From the NCBI GenBank assembly GCA_965285935.1, contig OZ260663.1:35216001-35280000 (forward strand): a stretch of 64,000 nucleotides of DNA, in the 5' to 3' direction. This document shows, in pieces, positions 1-11,500 of the stretch. Positions within the stretch are counted from its first letter, which is position 1. Each line of letters begins with the position of its first letter. The translations under genes were made by a program, and so were the position numbers. The stretch is from Ophelia neglecta. Lineage: Eukaryota. Under the pieces are notes generated by a model. That model had not been told where the DNA came from. It worked only from the letters and a program-made list of their open reading frames with translations, and did not search any database.

Positions 1-107
1 CAGCCATTAAAGTCCGAAGATGCACCATTCCAAGTAAGAGCCATAATATGTATCCTTTGTAGTCATTCATCTTGTCTTTGCTGATTAGATTTTGCTTTTC
101 ACTGTAC

Positions 108-360
108 CTTATCACTATTAAATAATAACTGCTGGACAAGACGAGCTGTGCTGCCTGAGCGTTGAGCTATACCTATGTAAATGCCATGCACCAGTTGCCC
201 ACACGGCGATCGGTTGGCTTGTCCGCGGCACAAGCGCCGCCAGCCGACCGAGTGACTGGCAGGAGTGTCCAAGGACGCGTGGACCCGGTACAAGCTGTAG
301 GGACGAGTCTCCCACGGCGCCACATGCTCTCACCTCCGACATCGGGCCAATACTTCACAA
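108..360 (-). other. GC/CpG-rich exon-like segment, possibly the 5' end of a neighbouring gene running off the left edge
   Basis: Local GC far above background; donor-like AAG|gtacag at 108; no recognisable protein in any frame. Confidence 0.25.
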
Positions 361-824
361 CACTCATCAGAATCATAAACACAATAGTTCTACACGATTA
401 TAGACCTATCCGTGATTAGATGTCGGTTGTCAAATATTTTACGGGTGTGAAACCGATGAATTGACTCGAGCGATGAGAAAATAGAACTTTCAAGTAAAAA
501 CTATTTCCTTGGGGGATATTAAGCTAGGCAAAATCACGTCGAATGCTTGTTTTTCCCTAGTTTTCTGACAAGCGTAGCGTTGAGAATTTCCTGTGACATT
601 CTGCAATGAAATGCCACGATCATAAAATCGACCTTAAGCGAAGATGGCAAAAACGTTCCGGAATAAATCTCGCGTCATAATCAACCGAACTCGCCCTTTA
701 ATCAATCACAATCCGCAGCTGACTAACAACATGACAGGCTACAACCATATAAAGTTAACTGTTGGTGGTTTCAACAATAAGATAGGCACAGAATAGCAAT
801 ATGTAGCAGACGTGAACGATTAAG

Positions 825-838
825 AGGAAGTGACGTCA
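825..838. promoter_or_regulatory. Overlapping ETS-CRE element (AGGAAGTGACGTCA)
   Basis: Perfect palindromic CRE TGACGTCA (831-838) overlapped by the ETS core GGAAGT, in a CpG-rich patch (about 600-870). Confidence 0.45.
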
Positions 839-2237
839 AGGGCACTCTGGTTCCCTACAGTCGTAAGATAAAGAACATATCCAATCATAAATAACATCTT
901 GACCAGTATGTTAAAGAACCATCCCTTACCAAGAGATACCGAATTATGGAAGATTGGAGAAACTATTTAAGGCAATCTAAATCTTTCATTAAACATTTAT
1001 AAAAGCAAGTAGCACAATGTTCCTAGATGTATTTGCCTACACCGAAAAGATTCCCATTAACAGTGGCTCATACATTGCTTCCTATGGAGCGCTTTGGTCG
1101 AGAACAACATTTTGATGGTTTATGTCTTTTCATTTCACCATTCTAAATATCAGTATGAGGACTAGAGAAAAACTTGATACACAATGACAATGTGTCTTGT
1201 AGGCAAAGAGATGAGAAAGAAAATGGGTCAAATGAAAACTATGTGTCTAATTTGTTGTTTAATATTGAGGATTTATGTTACTGAGGTCAAGTTATTCATT
1301 TCAAATATTGGTATGTGTTGGTATTGGTGAAAAGTGTATTTGTGCAAAATGGACCTTCTTTTGAGAAAATCAGTGAAAAAATACAAGAACATCTGAAATT
1401 ATCATTGTAATTTTTTATTTAGGTGCCTTAAAGGTAACTGGAGAAACCCATTGTAAATTATACAAGGCTAAAATTTGGGAAAAAAAGTGTATGAATTTAA
1501 GACAAGAGCGACAGAGAAATGGTTTGGTAAAATATGGATAAAAAGCCAACTCAGCAGAAATTAATTCTCAATTTACCTAGGAATGTAACTATTTAAATAT
1601 CTTCACATTCATACTACTCCATTCTGTTTACACATGTAAGATGTCTCTGCATCGAGTGGGAGGGCGGTTAGGCCACATTGTCCTTTTGTTGCGAAGTTGA
1701 AACGTTAAAACACATTTTAAGTAGTGTGTGGACTTTTAAAGATAAAATAGCTAGACATTTTCATGAATTTAGACGTATAGGATTCCAGAAGAAATGGTTA
1801 TGTTTGGATTAACCCCCAGAACAAAAAGCTTACAGCTACCAAACATACTTTGGTTAATTGGAAAAAGCATTCATAAACATATTCTATATAAATGGTGTCT
1901 ATACACCTTGATGTTATGTACCCATAACAATCAGTGTTCAATGAATAAATAAAAACATTCTAGACCTTTTTAGTGGTTTGATTTTCGGACGTAATTCATT
2001 TGTGTCACACCTTGTTGAAATACGCGTAAATGAATCAAGGTATTAGAACCTTTAGAACCTAGTGAGGCAATATCTATGATCCGTTTTATATGTATGATGT
2101 TCTTACCAGATTCGAGAACTACTACGTAGCATTACTTGCCATGCACAATGAATGAGGATGTATGAGAAAAGCATATTTCTTTCTTTTGTTATAGCATGTC
2201 CTAAAACAAAGAAGAACTGCATGTAAAAACATTATAA

Positions 2238-2243
2238 TTTATT
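2238..2243 (-). terminator. Candidate polyadenylation signal AATAAA for the SVEP1-like gene
   Basis: tttatt on the plus strand downstream of the putative terminal exon. Confidence 0.45.
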
Positions 2244-2501
2244 CCAATGTTTTCTTGGAAGGGATTACATATATAAAGGATACACTCGCTTTCAATTATT
2301 TTATCAAGATTACATACAACAATTTGGATACATGACAACAGCACACATCCTCGTCACATATATGGTATAAAGCAACAGCGACTGATTGGTAGTGAGTGGA
2401 TTTGTACATTGTTGAATATTAACTGGTTAATAATTAAGGTAACTTGACACTGTTAAGGAAAAATATCATACAAAAAAGGATAACTGAAATCCACGTCATC
2501 C

Positions 2502-2526
2502 TTAAGGTATATTGGGAGTTGAGATT
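2502..2526 (-). CDS. SVEP1: SVEP1-like putative terminal exon 37 (LISTPNIP-stop), followed by 3' UTR
   Basis: Branch point and polypyrimidine acceptor ctctaatcttttttcttcag; phase 2 matches exon 36; AATAAA about 260 nt downstream. Confidence 0.65.
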
Positions 2527-5500
2527 CTGAAGAAAAAAGATTAGAGTACGTCATTATGAACATATAAAGTATAATTATGGAAATCAATGCCTTAAATTGC
2601 GGAAACGAAAAAAGGTTTCCTAACTTTGAGCCTGCAAAATAATAGAGTTAGACATGTAACTAGGTTAAATAAAATTGAGACATACATTTGCCGGTCTACA
2701 AAGTCGTATACTTGACCATTAACAAGTACATTTACAAGGTTCAAATATCTATATTAGTTTTTCTTACGGTCGGCTGACTTAGCGGGCTATAAGTCGCTAT
2801 TTCCATATTTAATGTGGAAAAAATAAATATGGGAAACACGCCTTATAGTTTTACTTGACAAAACCCCTTAGGCAGTTTTTCTTAGATACAACGTTCAGGC
2901 GGAAGGAAGACACATGTATGAACATAAAATGTTAAATATCTTTTTAAAAGCGTATGTTAGGGGGACTGGTTACCAATGTCAGAATTTAAGTTTTTAAAAT
3001 TCACATATTACTATATTTTCTATTTTGTTGACATGGATGAATGAAGAAGACACATACACTTAATCCATGTATATGTGGACCTACAATTCACAAAATGGTG
3101 GCTTAAAGCCATGTAAACATATACATCGGTTTGGTTTTACACAGCTTCCACCATTTTCACACGCTCGAGAACAAACAGCTGTAATATAAAATAAAACAAT
3201 GACTAAGCACTATTCAATTATTAATACAGGTCCATGCTTGCGATTTAAATCTCCCAAGATCTAACAGGGTTCATATATTTATACATTCTTGTAGTCATCT
3301 TGGCGAGCAAGGACATACTAACGTGTTTCACAACGTGCTCCTGTGTATCCATAGGAACATTCGCATATGTACGGCGCTGTACACTTCCCGCCGTTCAAAC
3401 ACGGCAAGACACAGGAGGCTAAATGACGTCAACATAAATTTGTTATGCATTTATTTAAATTAAGATGCCAAGAATGAAACAAATAATTATGGCGATATCT
3501 CTATATCTAAATACACGAATTTGAAATTCCATACATCACACAATGTTTACCTGTATTGCAGAAGCGTCCGGAATAACCTGGTAGACATTTACATGTATTT
3601 CGTCCAATACAAGTCCCTCCATTCTTGCATGGAAATTTACAGGTTGCTGAAATGAGAGGTACACTATGGTTCAATATTACTTTATGTTAGCTGATGGATG
3701 CAGCAGAATTTCATATACTCTTGTGTTTAAATATGTTTAAACCATTTTTATTTCTTCGTCATGAATGTAAATGAGAGAACCGACATTAACCAAATATGAA
3801 GCATTGGCGCGGTGTCCCTATTCGCCTCTAGCAGTATTTAATGTAACAGTGAAAAAATGGCCAATATGGATACGCCAAAGAACTAAATTTCGAACTATTA
3901 CATAGACGGATGTTATATAGGGCATATCATTTATTTTGTGGTGGGTTATCTGGATGATTTTGTTCTCATCAAAGGGCCATAATTGACCTCCTCTCATTAT
4001 CACTTTAATGACCTAATTCCCATTAAAATATCACGAAACTCACCAGAACAAGTTGGAACTTTGTCCCACTGTCCGTTAGCCAGGCAGGTCAATACTGTGT
4101 CGCCAGAAGTTCGCAGACGACCCCGACATGTATATTTCAACTGGTCCCCGAAATGAAAGTTGGTTCCCATGATCATCACACCGCTGGACTTCGGCGGTTT
4201 GCCACAGTAAACTCCTGAGGAAAATATCATCTGGGCTATTTTCATTGAAACTTTGAATACAGAGCGTAAACCAAGTTTATGAATACAAAAACATAATGAA
4301 ATATGAACAAATATCTATTTACAGATGTACTAACATATACAAACATGAATAAAAACGTGTACAAAATACAAGTACTTATATTCAGATGTGCAAGCATATT
4401 ACATGATTCTGTAAGCGTAGAAAACAAACTAATAAAATATTATAAAGTGATTGAAGAAACAACAAAGTGTAAAGAAAAGAAAGCAAATGGAAATAATGTA
4501 AGCATACACTCTCATGGAGAAATAAAAGTCCAAACAAACTTACAGCCTTACATAAGAGGCAAACGTGTTACAAAATCGAAATCTTTAGTGAGTTGCACAG
4601 TTTAGAAACCCTAAATTCTGCTGGAGTTTTGGTGGTGTAGGTGGCTATTCTTAATCTCGATTTCATTTCTACATTTATTGCAGTTTTTTATTTCTTTTCA
4701 ATGACGACAGTCGATAACATAAAAATAACTCTCCTGATCAAATGTTCTGTGATATAAATGACAACTTCTCAGTATACAGTGTTTCTTTCATCAAAGATTT
4801 CAGCTGCCAAGGTTGACCAGCAAGTTTCACGGACCATATATATAATTTCAACAACTACGCCTTTTGGTTTAGGCAAAGCAAAGGAAATAATAAACTGATC
4901 AGAGAAAAGAATTGCAATGTGTAATGTATATGTATGGACATGAAGGTAGGTGGTCAGGTAGGTAGGGAGTAGATAGGAAGGCAGGTTGCAAGCTAGGTAT
5001 GTAAGAAGGTTTGTGGTATGTAGGTAGGTGGGTATGTATGTGTTTATACACATGCACACATCTTCTTGATTTAATGGGTTTACTTAACCTCGACGTTTAT
5101 GTAAAAAAAAATGTTGTCTAAAGTGGCCTTGCTATATTTGAGGTTATAAGGCGGAATATACTGATATTGAAAACTGATACAAGAAGTTCCCGGTAGTTAA
5201 AAGTAGTATGATGAATTGTCATGAGTAGACACATGAGTAGTATTGAAGAATCCTTACTCTGACAAGAAGCAGTTACTGCTGACCATTTGAGATCTCTTGT
5301 ACAGGTTATGTCCAGATTACCAGTCGGTTGGTAACCCTCGATACACTGTAGTTGCAAGGTGTGTCCAGGCCCGTACTGTCCAGTCACCGGCCACGTGTGC
5401 AACGGCTGAGAGGGTTGTTCGCAATATAACTTCACGGCTGCAACATAGTTTTTCAAAATATGTCACTATGTAGCGAAAAGCATAATCTGAAAATGTTGTG

Positions 5501-8500
5501 AATAAACTAAATAATATATTCTTAACAGAGCAACGTTGGTGAACGTACCTACACACTTTGGAGTAGCAGTGCTCCATTGAGCGCTCTCAGTACACGTGGC
5601 CCGGCTTTCCCCGTGTAACTTAAAATTATTATTGCAGGAATATTGTACGACCGAATTATAATCGAGACTGTTATATAATCTTCTGCCATTAACAGGAACA
5701 GGTGGCTCGAGGCAGGTCACAACTGAAAATAATTGGAAGAGAGTTTTATATTTGTTGACGAATCTGTCTGCGAAACATGAGACACATTTGACCAGGCTAA
5801 AATAACGATTTCGATTGAAAATGACATGTAGTCAAAACGTTTCCTTTATGCGGAATCATTTTCCTAGTTGGCTGGGCCCACGGGTGAAGCAAGCTGGTGT
5901 ATGGAAGGAACACAAATCAACACAAATGAAATAACATATTCTTACTTTACCCCTTGATTAGTGATCCTGAAATATATCTTACCAGTATTAAGCTTACCCG
6001 TGTAGGATTAAGACTACTGCAATACGACATCGATTATACAATCATTTGTTAATTGTGTACACTACCTCTGCACTCTGGTGAAGGTCCACTCCATTCACCA
6101 GTACTCTGGCATGTTCTCCGGTCATCGCCCCCGACAAGCCGGTACCCATTTACACACCGGAACTGGACAATACTCAGGTAGGAGTGGCTGACCCCACTCA
6201 CCTCACCATTAGCAGGAGGAGAAGGAGGAGGGCACACAACTGGATAACACCGAGGGATGTCCCCATCCCAAACACCATCGTGTCGACATTTTAACCTTGT
6301 CGCTCCTCGAAGTCGGTACCCTTCATCGCAGTAGTAGATGGCGACACTTTCGTATGTTGTATTTGGTGAGGTAAAGCGACCGTTCTGTGTTGAAGGAGGT
6401 TCCCCGCAGTCGATAGCGGCGCAAACAGGTGGCTGCGAATTTTCAAACGTCCATACACCGTCCTCCATACATTCTACAATTGCATGGCCCTTTAGGGAGT
6501 AGCCAACATTGCACTCATAAATAGCCCGACTGCCAAACCCAAGATGACTAACCGTGGTTGTTGCATGGCTGATGACGGGGACATCGCCACACACGACCAT
6601 GTCACACCGTGGTAACATGCCTACCCATCTCCCGTCGGACTCGCACTGAAGTAAGTTATTACCGTGTAAATCGAACCCATTGCGACAGCTGTAGTAAACG
6701 TAATCACCAAACTCAAATCGTGGGCCCGTTACAATCGAATTATCTACAGGCGGGGGAGGTCCGCAGCTAATAGGCATACACTGGGCTTTGACTTGGCTCC
6801 AATGGCCATCAGCTCTACACGTGATTTCAGGCTCCCCTTCTACCTGGTATCCTCTCTTGCATCTGTATGTAACGACATCTAAGTACTCGTAAGAGTTACC
6901 ATCTATAACCGCATTTGCTATTAACTTTGGCAACCCACAGGATACTTTCTCACAGATGGGAAATGCTGCACCCCAAAGAATGCCTTCTACACACGACACA
7001 TTTTCTTCTCCAATCAACTGGTATCCTTCATTGCAGACGAAACGAACGGAGGACCCTGCCGAATAGTTGGACCCGACAACATACCCATCGTCGATGTATG
7101 GGTCCTCCTGACACTGCTTCAGTTTGCAGGTTGGCAAGGTCCCCGACCAGGTCTTTCCAGCCTGACATCTACGGGTTGCCACTCCCAAGATTTCATATGG
7201 GCTGTTACACTGATATTTGATTAATGCACCAAATGTGAAGTCCTCTCCACTATAGAAGCCATGAGGAAGTTGAAGCGGGCTTGGACACTTAACTTTTGCA
7301 CACACCGGATCCTCACCGGTCCATTCTCCGGTAGCTTCACATGTCCTGTTTGTTGCACCATAAACCTCAAATCCCAGGTCACACACGTAATGAGAAAGGG
7401 ACCCGTATATGAGAGCGTCATACTTGACTCTGCCATTCGCCACGTACCTAGGAGTATGACATCTCACAATATTGCAGATTGCTGCTGATCCACTCCACTG
7501 CTTGTCGGCCTGACATTTTCTTAAAGGATCGCCACTCCGTTGGTAACCCTGGTTACATATATATCTAATTACGGATTGATAGTGGAAGTCAGTGCCCCGT
7601 ACGTAGCCGTTAGCAACAATGCTGGGTTGTGGACAGCTGATTATTTGACAGGTAGGCGGCTTACCACTCCAAGTCCTTGTATGGAGACATCGTCCACCTG
7701 CGGCCCCAATAAGGTCATATCCCGTTTCGCATGTATAATGTACCGATGAATTGAAGGTTAGGGAACTCGCTGTCAATCTACCATTGGAAATCGACATTGG
7801 TTGTGGACAAGTAATAATTGTACACTCTACTCCTGATACATTCCATTCGCCATTCCACGAGCATGTAATTTTCGGCGTTCCAGTCGACTCATAACCCTCT
7901 TTACAGATCACCACAAATGAATCCTCAAACACTTCTCTTCCAGTAAATGACATGTGACTGTTCGGAATTGACTGTAAAGATAGCGGCGCACACGTGACTC
8001 TCTGACAAGAAGGAAGTCGAGGACCCCACGAACCGTCAGCCAGACAGCTGACAGACCCATCTCCTTCAGTATGGTAACCTTGAGTACAAGTATAAATGAC
8101 CGCATCTTCGAACAACCAGGGTGGGGTCAATCTGCCATTATCACCAGATGCATTATACGACAGAAAAGAGGGCACCAATGCATTCTTTATTTCTGGTGGT
8201 GACAAACACTGGACTCTATCACAGTTAGGCGTTTCCCCCGCCCAGAAGCCACTAGCCTCACATTGCCTGGTCGAGAAGCCACGCAGTTCAAAACCAGACT
8301 CACACACGTATTGTACAACACTCAGGTAAGTGTATCTCAGACCTATAATTTTGGAGTGCTCTGCCATAGGGGGAGGACCACACGAGATAATGCTGCATGA
8401 GCCCGTGGTGTCGCTCCAATTTCCACTGGCTGTACAATAAACTGCATGTTCTCCCAATAACGCATAGCCTTGATCGCAGAGCAGCTCCGCGCGACTGAGG

Positions 8501-11500
8501 TAGATGTGTGAATCCGTCTGATAAGCTCCATTGATAACTTCCGGCAGGGGAGGGCAAATGACTAATTCACATCTTGGCAGTCCACCACTCCATCGACCAT
8601 CACCTCCACACGTTCGCTTGGATAATCCTACTAAATTATAACCCAGCTGGCAAGAGTAGCTTACCGTGTCGCTGGAAAAGGACAGACTTTGTTGGGAATC
8701 TTGATAAATTTCTTAACGTGCTTTGAACTATGATAACCAACATTAAACATAAGTCAGGCGGGTTTTAAATATACACTTCTGTGCTATTGAAGGAAATGCT
8801 AAAAAAAAAGCAAGAATGAGGTAACTTACTTGTACATGTAGCCGGTGGAAGAGTAGCCTCCGTGAGGTATTATATGCGTCCGAGGACAGGTGACATGATG
8901 GCAGGCTGGGTAGGAGCTCCAGTTACCGTTAGCAAGACACTTTGCGGCGTTCGGACCTTCGAGTCTGTAGCCCAGGTCGCACTTGTACGTAATCCAGTCT
9001 TCGTATTGGTGAGAGTCCCCAATAATTCGACCATGTTCGACTGGCCCAGGCATAGCACAATTAATTCTTTCACATGTGGGGAACGCATAGGTCCACTCCT
9101 TATTAGGTTGACAAAAAAGTTCAGATTCACCCATTCGTTCAAACCCTTTGTTGCAAATAAACCGCACACTATTTCCAAATGTATAACCATCTATACGATT
9201 GGGTTTTATATAGCCGTTTAGCAAAATTGGTTCAGGACAATATATCTTCACGCATGTCGGAAATTCGGAAGACCACTGCTGATTTGCAAGGCAGTCTACT
9301 GTGTCGCCTCCGCTCAATTCATATCCGATTCTACATTTGAATTTAAGTGTAGTTTGAAAGGTATTGTTCATTTCCACTTGGAAACCCTTTGGACTGATAA
9401 CCTCTATTGTTCCACGGTCTATGGTTGCCGGAGGCGCAAGACATAGCTTTCTTAAACATTTTGGCGGCGGGAATGACCACGTACTGTTTGGTTGACATAC
9501 AATTTCTCTTTCTCCAACAAGATCGAATCCATCATGGCACACAAATCGGACGCTATCGAGGAACATAAAGACACCTGCTGTAGACCCGCTTCTCTGGAAA
9601 CTTCCGTGGTTTATAGCTGGGCTTGGGCACTTTATAATGTGACACGAAGGAATCACACCAGACCAAGCGCCCGTACTTAAACACGAAACTTGATAATCGC
9701 CAAATAATTCAAATCCCAACTCACAGGTGACACTTACACTCGATCCATAGGTGAAATTTTGAGTGTTCAGAATGGCATGACTTATGTTGAGATCAGGGCA
9801 CGAGACTGGGTCGCAGCGGGGAAAATCTTCTGACCACAGTTTAGGCAAGTCGCAAATGAGATACTGTCCTCCTACCAAGAAGTAGCCCTGATCGCATGTT
9901 ATCTCAAGAAATGTCCCTATAGTTAGTTGATCTGGGGATGTTAAAGTTTCACCGTTTGCCATTGACGAAGAATAGAATATATTTGGCATAGGACACAGCC
10001 TCGGTTGGCATTCCGGTATTTTCCGAGACCATTTCCCAGTCCTCAGGCAAGTCATCAGCGTCAAAGCCCCCGGATCTTTCAGTTCGTAAGTGCCATTGCA
10101 AGCAACGCTGATTTGCATGCCATATACAAAAGGTCTCCCAAGTGGCCCTGATTCCACCAGCAATCCCTCTTGTGCGATATCAGGACAAGATACCTGTTGG
10201 CATGTCGGCCAATCTGCTGTCCATGTACCATTCATCAGACACACAATAGACCTCTCTCCATTCAGAACATACCCGCTATCACAGGAGAAGGTGATTTGTG
10301 CGCTGTAACTGAAATCTCGCTGGTCTCCCCGAAATTCGAAGTGCCCATTTTGGATATTCCACTCAGGGCACATGATTGCCTTACATGAGGCGATCTCCGG
10401 GGACCAAGTTGCATCGGTCTGACAAATTGACACCGGGTTGCCCGATAGTTCATAGCCGTCTTTACAACTGGATGTCACCTCCTGACCAGCGTCTACCACT
10501 TGCGCTGAAACTACCAAGCCTAAACCTATCTCAGGGACAATACACTTTACTATCGTGCACTCCGGAAATGTTCCGTTCCAGACGTAATCTTCCATACAAA
10601 GCAGGGAGCTGGGACCAACCATTACCATACCAGTAGGGCAGAAGAAGTGAATCATATCACCATCAGTGTAATTGTCTTTCTTGTATTGTGCAACATTTGA
10701 TGCAGCTTCATCGGACGGAAGTGGGCAGGTTCGTACTACACAAATTGGAAATTCATCTGACCATGTTTTGTCAGCTTGGCATCTTATTTCCGAGGTACCA
10801 ACTAGTTCAGATCTTGAATCACAATCGAAGCCTAGTCGAATTCCAAATGGGTACCCAAGCCCTACATTAGGTGTTTCAAGTACTACCACTTGGCCGCCGA
10901 AATGTTGTGGTCCCGGGCAGGAGACCGCACGACAGGCTGGAAGGGATTTGGACCATGATCCAGATTGTGAGCATGTAGCGTCCAAATTCTCACTCAATTC
11001 AAATCCGTTCTCACAGTAATAGGAAATTGTATGTCCGTAATAAAAGATTAAATCTTTGTCAAATACTGCATGGTCCACCTCTTGTACGGGACAGATGACA
11101 CGATTGCAAGAAGGCACATCTGAACTCCAGGTGCCATTGGCTTCACATCTGATACTCTCGCCTGATTTACTCGGAACAAAACCAAGCTCACAAGAAACAT
11201 CGATTCTCATTCCATATATGAAAGTGTTAACATTTAAACCATTTTCTTGATTCTTGGATAACGTCACGGAACCATGCTCCACAATGGGGGTCGTGCACTC
11301 GACTGCTTCGCAAAGTGGTTTCGCTCCACTCCAAATCATGTCGTGGGTGCACGTCCTGTTAGGTTGTCCATGGAGTCTAAAGCCTTCATCACAACTGTAC
11401 AATGCCCATGATCCAACCCGGAGCCCATCGGGAGTCAACACACTTCCATTTCGGACAGGGCTTGGGACTTGACAGACGTACTTTATACAATAGGGGACTC

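Noticed and set aside
2787-2846. Imperfect 24-bp inverted repeat in the last SVEP1 intron
   Set aside because: Short, AT-rich and mismatched; at most a decayed MITE centre.
4769-5059. 96-aa ORF rich in T/Y/L/P
   Set aside because: Translation of the TAGG/TATG microsatellite.
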